A stretch of DNA of 62,472 bases, counting the filler, from Choristocarpus tenellus KU-1152 (Eukaryota; Protista; Phaeophyceae), in NCBI GenBank assembly GCA_964200185.2. It is 9 parts of 9 records of this genome, joined end to end, with 100 filler letters (N's around TTAATTAATTAA, not from the genome) between each part and the next. Parts side by side here need not be neighbours in the genome. Positions count along the whole stretch, not along the records: positions 48,828 to 51,525 come from CAXNAD020025549.1; positions 51,626 to 62,472 come from CAXNAD020002673.1; 7 more parts are not named here. The stretch is one strand, 5' to 3'. Each line of letters begins with the position of its first letter. Positions within the stretch are counted from its first letter, which is position 1. Below, one piece after another: positions 49,808 through 62,472 of the stretch. The translations under genes were made by a program, and so were the position numbers. The notes under the pieces were generated by a model that saw nothing but the letters and a program-made list of their open reading frames with translations, ran no database searches and was not told the DNA's origin.

Positions 49808-50612
49808 TCAAAAGGGCAGGGGGTGGGTACCAGTACTCACAAGAGTACCAATCACTTCACGCCCCACTCCATCCACAACAAATGCAGCCCCTCCCAAGGT
49901 TGATGCTAATTGACCCTTACTAACCATATCTGCTCCTCTTGCTCTGGTGGCACCAGCAGCCTCCTCCTCAACACCCATACCCATCTTCCTCAAGTCCTTA
50001 GACCTCTGGAATACTTCCAGACCTGCTGCACCTGCCTCAATAATCCTATCTAGAATACCTTCTTGGTCATTCCGATCGCAGTTGTTACATGTGAACGCCT
50101 GCACAAAAGGAAACCGTAGAGGGGAGTGCTGTTCAGCTGAGTTGGACGGTCAGGCTAATATTTATATATTCCATAATACTTCGCAGTTAGGGTTTTTTGC
50201 ACTGAGGAGGGAGGGAGGGGGGGGAAGGGGAAACGATAATGTGGGGGGTAGCGAAGAGACACAGAGAGGAGAAAATCTTTTTGACAAAGTGTTCATCATC
50301 ATGCACAATGTATAGCATTAATAGATTGTATGGTGTTCTTGTGTCAAGGCAAATGAGGAGGAAATGCAGGGAATGAGATCCAGGGTTACCTCATACTGTG
50401 AGCATCTTAGATCACTTTCAGGGTCGCCAAGAAAAGGTTCTTTGCACTACAATCAAGTTTGTTGTAGCACCTTCCCACATACGCCAATCAAACCACCTGC
50501 AAAACCTACGCCACTCACTTCTGACACTGTGATGGTGGGCGAAGCCAGGGCTTCAACAACCATGTTTGCCATGTCCTTGATGAATGCAGGGTCAGTGTTG
50601 AGCGCCGCAACT
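49808..50612 (-). CDS. hemH: Ferrochelatase, C-terminal two exons (partial)
   Basis: Exon 50612-50519 RVAALNTDPAFIKDMANMVVEAL (conserved RVxALNTDPxFI of cyanobacterial/plastid ferrochelatases) splices in phase to 50098-49808. The rest of the gene is off-contig. Confidence 0.75.
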
Positions 50613-51660
50613 CTACAAGTTAAGGCAGGTTTGATTCAGGGACAATTAAGATGGGGGTCAGCAAATCCCTCGGGCTAAAGATAACAAGTGTATTTTGAAT
50701 GCAAAGGGACAGTGCATGAATGACAGGAGACAACAACGTCTAAGAGCGTAAAAGAGCATCAGTTCAATGACGTTTGCGGATTCGCTGAGAATGGTGGTGG
50801 TAACATGGCAGAGATGGGATGGGACGCAGTCAGTGGTCTGCACAGGTGGCATGCACAGCAATACAAGCACATTTATACACATTTATATACAAGGCGAAAA
50901 GAAGGAAACAAAAAACCCCCCACAAGGGACGACACATCAGGTACAATGATAACAAGACCCAACAATAGTACTGGCTTTGAGCCAGATAGAGTTGGTATAA
51001 CCCACACCCTATGAACTGTGTATGGGTTTTGTAAAACTTTAAAATACCACAACTTTTTTACACAAATCTAAACTTAAAAAAAAAATCAAGTCCAATTTTA
51101 TTGGTATGAGTTCACATGGGAATTTGAGAACCAGTACATATGGACGGAACAAAACAGATACACCGTTTATCCATGTTTAACTCTGTCTCTGTTAAAAAAA
51201 AAGAAGTCAACTTAAGCTGCAGTCGGAACTCTTGTTTTGGGCTGGTTCATGGAGAAAGGCCCACACTGGCAAGATACTGTTTAGAATAGAAGCATACGGG
51301 CTTTCAGACAACGGGTAATTTTTTTGTTGTTGCTCAAGTACACTTGGGGAATCAAGTATTGATCCAGAGACCCACACAGCAACCTTTGACCCGATAATAA
51401 TTCAAAGACGAAAAGAAACTGAGACCAAAGCAATATATACACACATTGGGTTTACAAGCACACAGGGGATGGCATAGGAGTTCACTAAAAAACTCGAGAA
51501 ACTGTATCCTCTCTGAAACTACCCCNNNNNNNNNNNNNNNNNNNNNNNNNNNNNNNNNNNNNNNNNNNNTTAATTAATTAANNNNNNNNNNNNNNNNNNN
51601 NNNNNNNNNNNNNNNNNNNNNNNNNGAGCAGTGGAGAGGGAGTGGCGCTCGTGCTTGCGT

Positions 51661-51826
51661 GGTGGCTGTGGTGGCGGCTGTCCATTTGGGGCCAATTTTT
51701 TCCATGTTATGATTCTTGGGTGATTTGGTTCCATACGTTGGATGGATAATGTAAATGCACTTTACCAGGTTATGGCCCAAATGGACACCCTGGTGTAGAC
51801 CCCCCTCCCCCCAGATACTTTTGTTC
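51661..51826 (+). mobile_element. MITE family B, left TIR damaged
   Basis: GTGGCGGCTGTCCATTTGGGG ... CCCAAATGGACACCCTGGTGTAGAC-polyC-AGATACTTTTGTTC. Confidence 0.85.
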
Positions 51827-53171
51827 ACACTGGTACAACATGCAAGGAGGGCAAAGACAGCTGGCTAAGATCAAAAGACATTTTGCATTACCCTACACTG
51901 TACACGAATCGGTAATGGCAAGTAACCACCAAAATGAGAAAACACAGGTAGAGACCCAGGTGTGTTTTGGCCAGTCCAGTCAACTCCATACCAAGCTCGA
52001 TTAATAGGCTAGTCTATTGAAGAAACACCAGACAATATTCAGCAAGATGTCTTAAGAATAAGGGTCAGGGATAGGGTTAGAGTCAGGGTTAGGGATAGCA
52101 TCAGGTTAACGAATCTACACCAGAGAATTATGGGAGTGCTTGTGTGCTGGAAAAGGCCCTCTCAATGATATCTTGACCAAAATTGTTCCCTGTTCTTTGA
52201 TTTGTTACCCGGTAGGGATAGAACTGAGACGGTGCACCCTCAATATGGGTGCACCGTCTCTCTGATTTTGAACTGGTGTTGAGGAAATTTCCGACTTCAC
52301 ATCATCTAATTTCACATTTCCAACTCAATTTCAACAGTCACCATCAACTTGCTCAATACAACAAGCATTAAACATTCCCTAGTCAACACCAATTATCACA
52401 TGTCCTCCAGTGGAGTACATCGATCCTCAATTTAGGACAAGAACTATTTACATCATATTCTACCATGACCTTAGTACAACTACAACCAACTACTCACATT
52501 ATATAGTGTCAAGAGTCGGTTCACCCAGTGTCTCTCTACTTTTGATTTACGAAACAATCTACTGGTACCAACATGCATAACATCAACTATGACACATGCT
52601 TCAGAGGGCAACAAAATTCATCTATTCCACACCACTGCATTGTCAACAAACCAAAATGTCAATAACCTAACCTACACGCGGTCATAACTTCAATGACATC
52701 TATCAACTACTCATCAAAACAGCAACAAACAAAACAAAATTAAGTCAGTCAGTTTGATCAGTAGGACACTGCAATGTGATGTCGTTGAATAAGCACTTTG
52801 AGGTGAACTCCAATGTTGTTGTAGGTGAAAATACCACAATCCGATTTGTATCATTCTTTTTCACTGACCAAGAACATTTCACTATTCCATCTCAGGCAAA
52901 AAAAAGTTTCCACTTCCCAATAGGAGTCGGCTAAAACACCCCTGACTTTCAATTCCGGTTCTCACAAAGTTTTATACATACATGTTTACATACACAAAAC
53001 AAGGAGAAATGCATTCAAGGGAATCTAAGATTCCTTTTACCAGATCAACCTTTGCAAAAAGGGAAAACACTAGTCTCACTATTATGCAGACTCACTTGAT
53101 ATCGGGTGGGACAAGATTGTGGAGAAGACACAGCATCACCCACTTTCACAACACAACACAACACAGACTAC

Positions 53172-56100
53172 CACAGATCAACAACAGTGTCAGGGTCTCC
53201 AGAGGTTCTGTTCTTGAGTTTGAAGTTGACATCATGTCTAAAGACATCATCAGGAAGTTACAAAACGTGGAAGTCAGCTCATTATTTGCGGCTCCTACTT
53301 GCAGGCTCTTTAGTCACCTGTACTGTGTGGCCATCTCAATACCATTGAGACCTGGCATGTGGTAGTCTGTGATTATGCCCGAGTATCGGCCCTCTCTGTC
53401 ATTGGAGTTAAAGATGTTGGTCCTTATCATCTCCAGTCCAATCTGAGAAACAGTATACCAAGGAACAACTTGTCAAAAGGTGGGAGGTCACTAGGCATTG
53501 CTTGGGTACAATCAATATTACAGGTACAATCAAGATTACAGAACTGAAATCACAGCAGGAAAGAAACAGCAGACAAAAACGTAACACATAGCTCTATAGG
53601 ATACCACATCAGGCACCATCTCAATGCACAAAAATGCAACATACATACACACAAAAAGTAATTCCATGTTGTGCATGCATGCCGTATGACAGATAGTACT
53701 GCAGGACATGAAGCAGTTTTCAAAGTGAATAAAAAACAATATGTACGCAGAAGAGCTCAACCACAGCACATTGTTATTATTGATATAATAATCATAATAG
53801 AATAATTAGAAAATAATAAAATAACAGTAACAATAAAAATAAAGATAACATCAACGGTAACAAATCAAAACAGCAAAAAGCAATACCCCAGTATGCTGTA
53901 CTTGACAAGTGAACATTCTATCGAATTTGAAGTACTGGAGATGATACCCACAAATAATATGATCAACAAATATCAGCCCTCTAGTTCTCCTTCACACCAA
54001 CTAATATGATACTAACTCTGACCAAGAACACATCCAACCAACAACGTACAGGTACTAACCTTTCCATCCCGGGCAATATCAACACTCCAGTTCATGTTCT
54101 CCAGCAGGTTCTTGAAGAAGGAGCATGCAAGAACTTCATCGTCGACAAGAAGGATCTTCTTGATCTTCTCAGGCCTCTGCTGAGGACACTTAACTGGAGA
54201 CTTGGTATCAGAATCTGTTCATCAACCACCAACATGCAAAGTGGACAACAGGAGTTTGCGTGTGTGTGTGTGTGTATGTGTGAGTGTTTAACATCACATG
54301 AGAGCCTGTGGTAAGATTCTTTGAAGCAACTTTAGAGGGTCTGTTGTTATCCTTCAGTGTTAAGGGGCTTTAAAGGTTAGGGTTAACACGAAGGGTTAAA
54401 AGAAAAAAATGACAACTGTTACCACTACTTACCAAAAGAATCAATGATCCATAATCAACACTATCACCTTCTGTTTGGGCAATTGAGGAAGGAGCCCCCG
54501 TGCCTAGATCACCAGAATGAATGGTAGACCTGAATGATACGAGCATGGAATGAGTGACAACAGTGACACAATCATGATATATCAATAAAAAGAGGTGAGG
54601 AGTGATGATCACTGAGGAGTATCACTGAGGTACTTCAACATTTAATTATCCAATGCATAGATACAACACACACTAGGCAATGTAAAAGGACAACACGAGT
54701 ACCACACGGTTCAGTCAGTCTACAGTAGAAAATTAACACTTTATTATTAGTAGTAGTAGTAGTAAGGATAGTAATAATATTATTTAATGATGATAATGAT
54801 AATGATAATGATATTAGAACTAACATACCTCAATCTGTTCGGACACAGGTTCGGACACAGGGAACTTTACCCTTCCAAATCTATCCTGACAAAGACCACA
54901 AAATGGGCAACAAACATCCCATCATAATAGATACATATACACATTTGTGTACCAATAAAACTTTCCAAAACACCATCACTAAAGAGAAACCCCACCTGCA
55001 GTCCTCCTCATCAGGTTTCTTTTCCTGTTTACTCTCTTGGTCCACTTCTTCCTTGGTCTCCCTGGATATTCTTGCTGCATGAGTCACACTAGTCTGACCT
55101 TTATGAGGTTTGAAAAATCTCTCTAGTTCCACCTACAATAATAAGAAAAAAAAACATGTATTGGATGCAACCAATCAGTGTATTGGATGCAACCAATCAG
55201 TGAAAAATCAAGTACAGCAACCAATCAGCATTTCTGTCAACATGGATTAAAGATTCACAACACAAATTTTGGGTTGAACTGCAGAGTTACTTAGTTTGAG
55301 ATATGTTCAGTAGCAGTCTGTGCATCACTTCCATCACACTGCCACAACAAGAAGATATGCAAGCAGTTATCAACCCAAGGCTACACACAAGTACCATCTC
55401 ATACCATCTCATACCACCTCACCCAAATCTGATACCTCTTATGAGTGCAATGTGTAGAAATCGTAATGCAACTGGAAGATTGGTAGATGCTGTCACACTT
55501 TTTACAAACAACTACTGTCACACCCAAGTCACACCCAAGCACAAATAAATCTATGTCCGCTAAATGATAACAGGATAGGAACAATGACAAAGAAAACAAT
55601 ATTAACAATAATAATAATAATAATAGTACAACGAGTCACATAAGGGTACAGGCATAGACACATCCAATAGTAGAGGATTACACTCCTGACACATAGCTAG
55701 CTACTAACTAAACTAACAGTTAACTACTAACTACCAGGGCCAACGGTATACAGAAATATTGACATTGACACAAATACTAATAATAACACAAATACTAATA
55801 CTAACAGCACAAGCCCCAAAAATAGAACCAACGCTATAGATAGTATAAACACCTACTCTAGTGCATCGAACATGACTAACATGACTAACATGATTAACAT
55901 GACTAACATGATTAACATGACTAACATAACTAACATGATTAACATGACTAACATGATTAACATGATTAACATGACTAACATAATTAACATGATTTAACAT
56001 GATTAACATACATGACTAACATGATTAACATGATTAACATGACTAACATGATTAATATGACTAACATGATTAATATGACTAACATGACTAACATGATTAA

Positions 56101-57556
56101 TATGACTAACATGACTAACATGATTAACATGACTAACATGATTAACATAATTAACATGACTAACATGACTCCATCCCTACTTTCAACCATCACACCAGAC
56201 ATGGTCAATCATGTCCACATATCTCTTAGCGGGGTCACAGGTGAGTGGCCAGTCCAATCATGTCATGTCCTGTCCTATCCTGTCAACCAATCACAACATA
56301 TATCATAGCCTACTTTCTACATAGTCCATACAATATCATACACAAACAATACGTATTGTAGAGTAAGTATTGTACCCACTGTACCCAAACATACTCCATA
56401 ATTGCCCCAAGTGTCAAAAGAATTGGATGACACATAAAGAATTGGATGACACATCACACATCGATTATTTCTTGATTATAACATCAGTATACTATTAAAA
56501 TGCTATCACGATACTAACATCATACTAACATCATACCAATAATATACCGAGTAGTGAAGTGAAATGAATTAAGTGCTGAGCACGCCTACTCCAATCAACT
56601 GTGGCATAGTGTGGCAATGCTAATCACAACCAAGCACAGAATAGCAAGTATCAAGTATCAAAAATGACAACAGCATGGAATGGCATTTGCTGAAGAGGTT
56701 TGTTGGTATCAAATGGTAACTGTTTCTTACCAGCTTATTGGTTTCGTCAGTGCTGAGAGGCAGGTATGGGAACTCGAAGTAGAACTTGGTCTGTAGGGTC
56801 ATCAAATACAAAAAATAAAAGCGTTTTGAAAGCAGGTAAGGCATTCTCATCATTGGTGACAATAAAATGTATCAGTTGGGGTTCAACGGTCAGTTCATAT
56901 GGAATGTTGATTTTTTTTAGTTCTAACAGTGTAGCAGAAGCAGAAAAAAATATTTTGTTAAAAAATATATGACTACAATTTTTCACAGGTACACAATACT
57001 TGATGCAGTTTGAAGTTATTGTTACTATTAGGGCTATGGAAAAGTGTTGGTTGAAACAGTGGTATCGACCAATCAATGGAAGGGAAGAGGTAGAAAAAAA
57101 GAAACAACAGCCCTGGCTTGGTGTGGATCGTCAAGTGTTCAGTATTTACAAGGAGTTCAGCCAACAAAAGAGCATAAACCACACAGTGGAGTTGTTCTTG
57201 GATTAAGTCCGATTGGACTTGCTGTTCTTATCCCTCAAACAGTTCACATACATTCAGTAACCATAACCAAAGTGTGTGGACGGTTAAGGTAGTCAATAAA
57301 GACCACTCTCAACAAATTCACTCCACTTGATCACATTCACAATCACAATCACAATCACCATCAACATCAACACACTATGGCACTCTTGATTCAGCCATTC
57401 AGTCATTCAGCCAACAGTCACATTTGATCCACCACAGGTCCCCTCCAACATGCCCATGCAACACATCTGCATGGTTTTGGATCAAGCCCAGAGTCACAGA
57501 TCAATACCTAGGAAACAAACTGCAAGTCCCTCCACACCATGAGACAAATAGACAAC

Positions 57557-57597
<41 letters not shown>

Positions 57598-60500
57598 TAA
57601 TAAACTTGGAAGCAAGAAAAGACATCTACAAGACAAGTCATGAGCTCCACTCTTCACTTTAGAACAACACCAACAAGACGTTTCTTTTTAATATACCATC
57701 TCAACTCCATTCTATTTTTCTACCTACTGCCAAAATGTAATACTGCAATCACTAACATGTTGACAATGGCACCAGTGCACCTCTTATACCTCTGTACACA
57801 GGGAGAACAGGACATACCTAAAGTGGTGTTAGTGTGATATACTACATTAGACTATACCATACTAACTATGCTATACTTTACTCTTCTATTCTGTACTATA
57901 CTATACTATACTATACTATACTATACTATACTATATACTATGCTATGCTATGCTATACTATGCTATGCTATACTATACTATACTATACTATGCTATGCTA
58001 TAATATACTATACTATACTATATTATATTTATACCTTTCCTTCGGTGCCACCATACATTCCCTCATGACCTGCACGCCCCCCCAGAGCCTTGGCCTTCTG
58101 GGCAACCCCATACAATCCCATTCCACTCCCTCCACTCTGCTGCCCCGCCCCCTCTGGTGCCTTAAAAAGTAGACCTTTCTTACTCAAGGGAACACCAACA
58201 CCAGTGTCTTCCACCTTTTAAGGGATGAATGATCAAGAAGTCAGACAATTTAGAGTATGTAAGATATATCACAGCACACTCTCCAAACACTTTAGACTTT
58301 AATCTACATCACCTAGAGATCTCAACATTCACCTTGCCACAGACCAAGAGCATAATAATAAATTGTTATTTTTCTTGTCATCTTCCCCGAAACATTCAAA
58401 ACATCCAAAACATCCAAAGTACTTCTTGTTATCACACCATCTCTCTTTTCAAGACCAACTTCGCTGCTCCAGTGGAGTACTTGGAGTGCGTTCATTCATG
58501 TACATCAAAACACCAAACACCAAACACCAAAATGAAATAATCAAAATGAAATAATCAACCCTTCAAGCACTGCCAGACACAATAAATGCCCTTCTCATTT
58601 GGATGTTCATGACCTGCGCAAGACATTCACACATAAAAAAATAAGCACCTCACCTCAAATCTTAACATTTCATCCACTTTCCGACCCTGGACTGAAGAAG
58701 TAACCTTGGAAACAATGTCCAAATCCATGCCAGACTCTTCGTCAGCCACACGACTGGAGAAGTTTGAGTGACCAGAGCTCATCTTGTCAGTGGTGTGGCT
58801 TACACATCTTGAGCATTGAGGAGCTGCAAGGTTCCCTGGGGAACTGTCAAGAGGAAGGGGTTGGATTGGACTATTAATACATGAGAGCCTAGATACATGC
58901 TCCAGGAGTTCACATGGGGCAAAAATTATAGTCATCACAGAACTATCAACAGATCGTAACAGGTTCAATGGACTTTGCATGCTCTCCACCAATGACTTAT
59001 CATTATATCGTGAATAATGACTTATCAGATTACAATTTAGCAAAAATAATAATAATAACTCAGTTTGAACACCAGTTAAAAATATACACAACACTACCAT
59101 ATCAATATACAGATCAATACCATACCAATATACCATAACAATATACATATCAATACCATACCCATATACACACCAATACCATACAAGTGTACCATACCAA
59201 TATACACACCAATAACAGCAAAACAGCAGTGTATGTTACTGCTATTGATGAACAAGTGTCTGAAATTATGCACAAAAGTACTAAGCCATCCAACTCACAG
59301 AGAAGTGTCACAGATGAAGGTTATTCTAACTCAATAGCACCACCAGAGGTATAAATAACGACATTACATACATACACCAACAACAGGCATACATCAACCA
59401 CATGTAGAAGTAACTACAGTACATACAGTACATACAGATAGAAGTACATGTATGTAAAAAATAAGAGTGTAGGACAATGTCATCAATACATGTAACAAAA
59501 AATGTCGTATCTCAGAACCTATAATAATATAATGATAATATAGCAAAATAAAAACATGCAAAACAACAAAAAATAAGATTTTCACACCAGGGTGTTTCTT
59601 TGGTGTGTGATTGGTGTCATATTGATTTACATCTATAGATAGATGTAAACGGGTGTGCGATTAGTGGATATGTAACAGTATAGATATAGATATAGATATA
59701 GACATAGATATATATAACAGAGGTAAGGGATATGGATAGATGTAAGGTATATAAATAGTAGTTTGTGGATTGTTATTATGCGCAGGTCTGCCTTGTGCTA
59801 ATCATGTTAAATGTTCACCAATGAAAGAGCGGGTAGAAGGTTATCAGGGTGGTCAATGTGATGCCCTTTGAAGTCTCTCCTCAGTTGCTGATCACAATGG
59901 TCATTGTTAATACCTCCAGCTATTGTTCACAATTGTTGATACAAGGGGTTGTACCAAAGGATTTACTAATTGATTTACTAATTGTGGTACAATGAATATC
60001 CTTTGGTCTGCAGCAACATGCTATCTATCCTTGATGAACCAACACAACAATTTGTGTCCCAAGATGATATAGGATTGTCTTGTCCCTTCTAGTCACACAC
60101 TGCATCACATCGGCACCTTCAAATATACAACACTTTCAATTCTCTCAGAGTGTGTGGGTGGGTGTGTGGGGGGGCTGGGAATTTATGCCAAGACATCCAT
60201 GATGTCATCGATTTGACCACTGTGGTGTGTCTACCTCCAAAGTGGACCATTATATAGAGATGTACCACCCAGATCAACAGTTAGGGTTTCTCTCTTCCTC
60301 TATTCTTGATGTTTCTCTTCCACAACATTCAATCAAAAACATCCTACCACATACCATCAATTTCTTACAAACTTTACAGTGCAGTCATCTAACCTGTCTC
60401 CATCTCAAGGACATCTTCTGTACATGTACCACGTGTCCCTTCTGTACACTACCTAGCCTCACCTCAAAGGAGACATGGCAGCACTATTCCCCAGTTGGTA

Positions 60501-62054
60501 GCTGCTGTTACCAGCGTAAACACAAGACAGGTACCTTCGGATGTAAACATTGCAAGAGATCTTCCCCTCATGACAGTGCTTGGCAGCATTGTGGATGAGG
60601 TTCATCATCATCTGCCAACACCAAATCTGGTCCCCTCTCACAAACGAGGCGACATCAGGTGAGACCTGATGGGTATGGCACAACAACAAAACAGAACAGA
60701 ACAGTCCGATTGGTTAGTTCACAAAAAAAAAACACAGGTAACTTCATTTGGAAGAGAAGTGGGGGGGAGGGGGCAGGGGTTGCAGCAATAACTACAACTT
60801 TGCACCTGTAGCAAAAGGTCCACGCCGCATTGACCTATAGCTCAGGTGGACGATAGTGAATCAGTTCACTTCACTTGCCTTCCCTTCACATCACATACCC
60901 ATTACACTTGTGAGCAAAACTATAGTATAGTGTAGTGTAGAGTAGTATAGTATAGTGTAGTATAGTATAGTGTAGTGTAGAGTAGTATAGTATAGTTTAG
61001 TATAGTATAGCATAGTATAGTATAGTATAGTATAGTGTAGTGTAGTGTAGTGTAGTGTAGTGTAGTGTGGTGTGGTGTAGAGTAGTGTAGTATAGTGTAG
61101 TATAGTATAGTATAGTGTAGTGTAGTGTAGAGTAGTGTAGAATAGTGTAGTGTGGTGTAGAGTAGTATAGTATAGTGTAGTGTAGAGTAGTATAGTATAG
61201 TATAGTGTAGTGTAGAGTAGTGTAGAATAGTGTAGTGTAGTGTAGAGTAGTGTAGTATAGTGTAGTGTAGAGTAGTATAGTATAGTATAGTGTAGTGTAG
61301 TGTAGAATAGTGTAGTATGCTGTAGTATACTGTAGTATAGTGTGACATCCTAAACACCATCCTATTCCTCGTAAGTATGACAACATTTCACTGCGCCTAA
61401 GTATGACAACACGGTCACCAAGGACACAGACAGTTCAATTAGGGGGTACAATGGATCAAAGCCTAACCCTGACCTTGGTTAATACATGGACCTGTTCAGA
61501 GGTTATGTTCTTAGCGGTACACTGACACTTTCTAATCACTTCCCGAATATTCACAGGCCCAAACTGCGGTTGGGGGGCACTGCCCATGTATGATCGGGCA
61601 CGGTCTAGAGCATTTTCCCTAAGCAGCTCCATCATGTCTATTGTTGCCCCCATCTGCAGGTATACACACAGTAACACACAGTAACACACAACGGTGGTGA
61701 GACCATTGCCTAGCAGCAATGAGAATAATGAGACTGGTAAGCAGAGGGGAGGAAGGAGGAAGGAGGAAGGATGAGGAGTACCACAACATATCAAGTCTTC
61801 ACCTTCTGTACCAAACAGGCAACACACACTAATGTATCATGAATAAATTAATACATACATATATACATGCATGTATGTGTGTATGGGTATCTTTGTCCTC
61901 ATCCAAGATACAACAGATGAACTAACCAACCCACCAGAGTCAGGATGGGACCCACACCACTGTTGTCTACCATGTCAGCATACTGTGGGCAGACCTCAAT
62001 TGCACTCAGCCCTAGTTTCATCACTGTCATTGGCGTACCCAGGTCATGAGCCTC
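53172..62054 (-). CDS. Hybrid sensor histidine kinase (HisKA-HATPase_c-receiver), partial; sensor region beyond the window end
   Basis: Exons 62054-61935 (H-box EAHDLGTP), 61653-61474, 60665-60535 (N-box NLIHNAAKH), 59020-58654, 58214-58035 (G1 VEDTGVGV, G2 GGSGMGL), 56790-56731 (TKFYFEFP), 55132 to about 54996, about 54528-54468, 54214-54060 (KILLVDDE), 53442-53318 (ITDYHMPGLNG), 53237-53172. Linker exons are less certain; last receiver exon(s) not found. Confidence 0.9.
55869..56170. repeat. 9-bp minisatellite AACATGA(C/T)T, intronic
   Basis: Direct reading; explains the NHVSHV / MINMTN ORFs. Confidence 0.95.
57893..58023. repeat. (TATAC/TATGC)n pentanucleotide array, intronic
   Basis: Direct reading. 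Confidence 0.95.
60921..61341. repeat. (TAGTA/TAGTG)n pentanucleotide array, intronic
   Basis: Direct reading. Confidence 0.95.
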
Positions 62055-62472
62055 CTGTAGATGAAGAAATGGGGATGGCAATCACCACAGTCATCAATAC
62101 CCTGAAATTCCTTCACATCACTCACACAATGCTCAAAGACACATCAAAAACACATCACGATTTTCTGAGAGACATGACCAGGACTAGTGTATCATGAGTA
62201 CGAATCATCATGGAAACACCAAAAGGGAATATCCAATAGACAGGGTATGCGATAGAAGCATCCAATAGGCAAAGAGGATGGGGAGAACTCCTACTGAAGC
62301 TGACTACAACCTAGGTGTATGCACTGTCAGTTACCATTAGTATCCAGTCTATTCAGGCGTTAAAATGTGTCGAATGCTCTCTACCTGGATTGACATTGGG
62401 GGGGGGGGGGGAGGTTAGGGGATTAAATACTGGACAAATTGAGACAGTGCACATGAAATCCCTTAAAAAAAA

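Noticed and set aside
55731-56308. NHVSHV / MINMTN repeat ORFs as ice-binding or amyloid-like proteins
   Set aside because: Open in several frames merely because the 9-bp unit lacks stops; lies in a kinase intron with no splice support.
57430-57510. GLIQNHADVLHGHVGG as the kinase G2 region
   Set aside because: In-frame stop after the acceptor; the true G2 box is in exon 58214-58035, which splices cleanly to 56790.
1-62472. tRNA, rRNA, CRISPR arrays or prokaryotic operons
   Set aside because: None recognisable by eye; tRNAscan-SE and Infernal would be needed to exclude small ncRNAs.

Overview
Eukaryotic, intron-rich nuclear DNA from a photosynthetic stramenopile (ochrophyte, most likely a brown alga or close relative). 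The inference rests on a bipartite plastid-targeting presequence, GT-AG introns, TTAGGG runs and the transposon complement. The window is not one locus: it is nine contigs joined by artificial 100-nt linkers (44 N + TTAATTAATTAA + 44 N), so neighbourhood across linkers means nothing. Genes reconstructed by hand with phase-consistent splice sites: a complete 11-exon plastid fructose-1,6-bisphosphatase (396 aa), a 3-exon YccU-like CoA-binding protein, and partial genes for an ARM-repeat protein, an RBM5/10-like RRM-OCRE protein, ferrochelatase and a hybrid histidine kinase (HisKA-HATPase-receiver). About 17 copies of two MITE families share terminal and subterminal motifs and make 4-bp target-site duplications (Sola-like). 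Also present: a Copia solo LTR with a 5-bp TSD, and Copia, Gypsy and RTE-LINE relics. The most interesting signal is an AT-rich, intron-less patchwork at about 27.0-28.9 kb between host MITEs. It holds a pseudogenised Rickettsiales-like ferredoxin-NADP+ reductase, a type I PKS ketoreductase fragment, a Shine-Dalgarno-led signal-peptide ORF and a templated-insertion scar. It is a probable nuclear insertion of DNA from a PKS-bearing alphaproteobacterial endosymbiont. Family assignments come from motif recognition only; no database searches were run.
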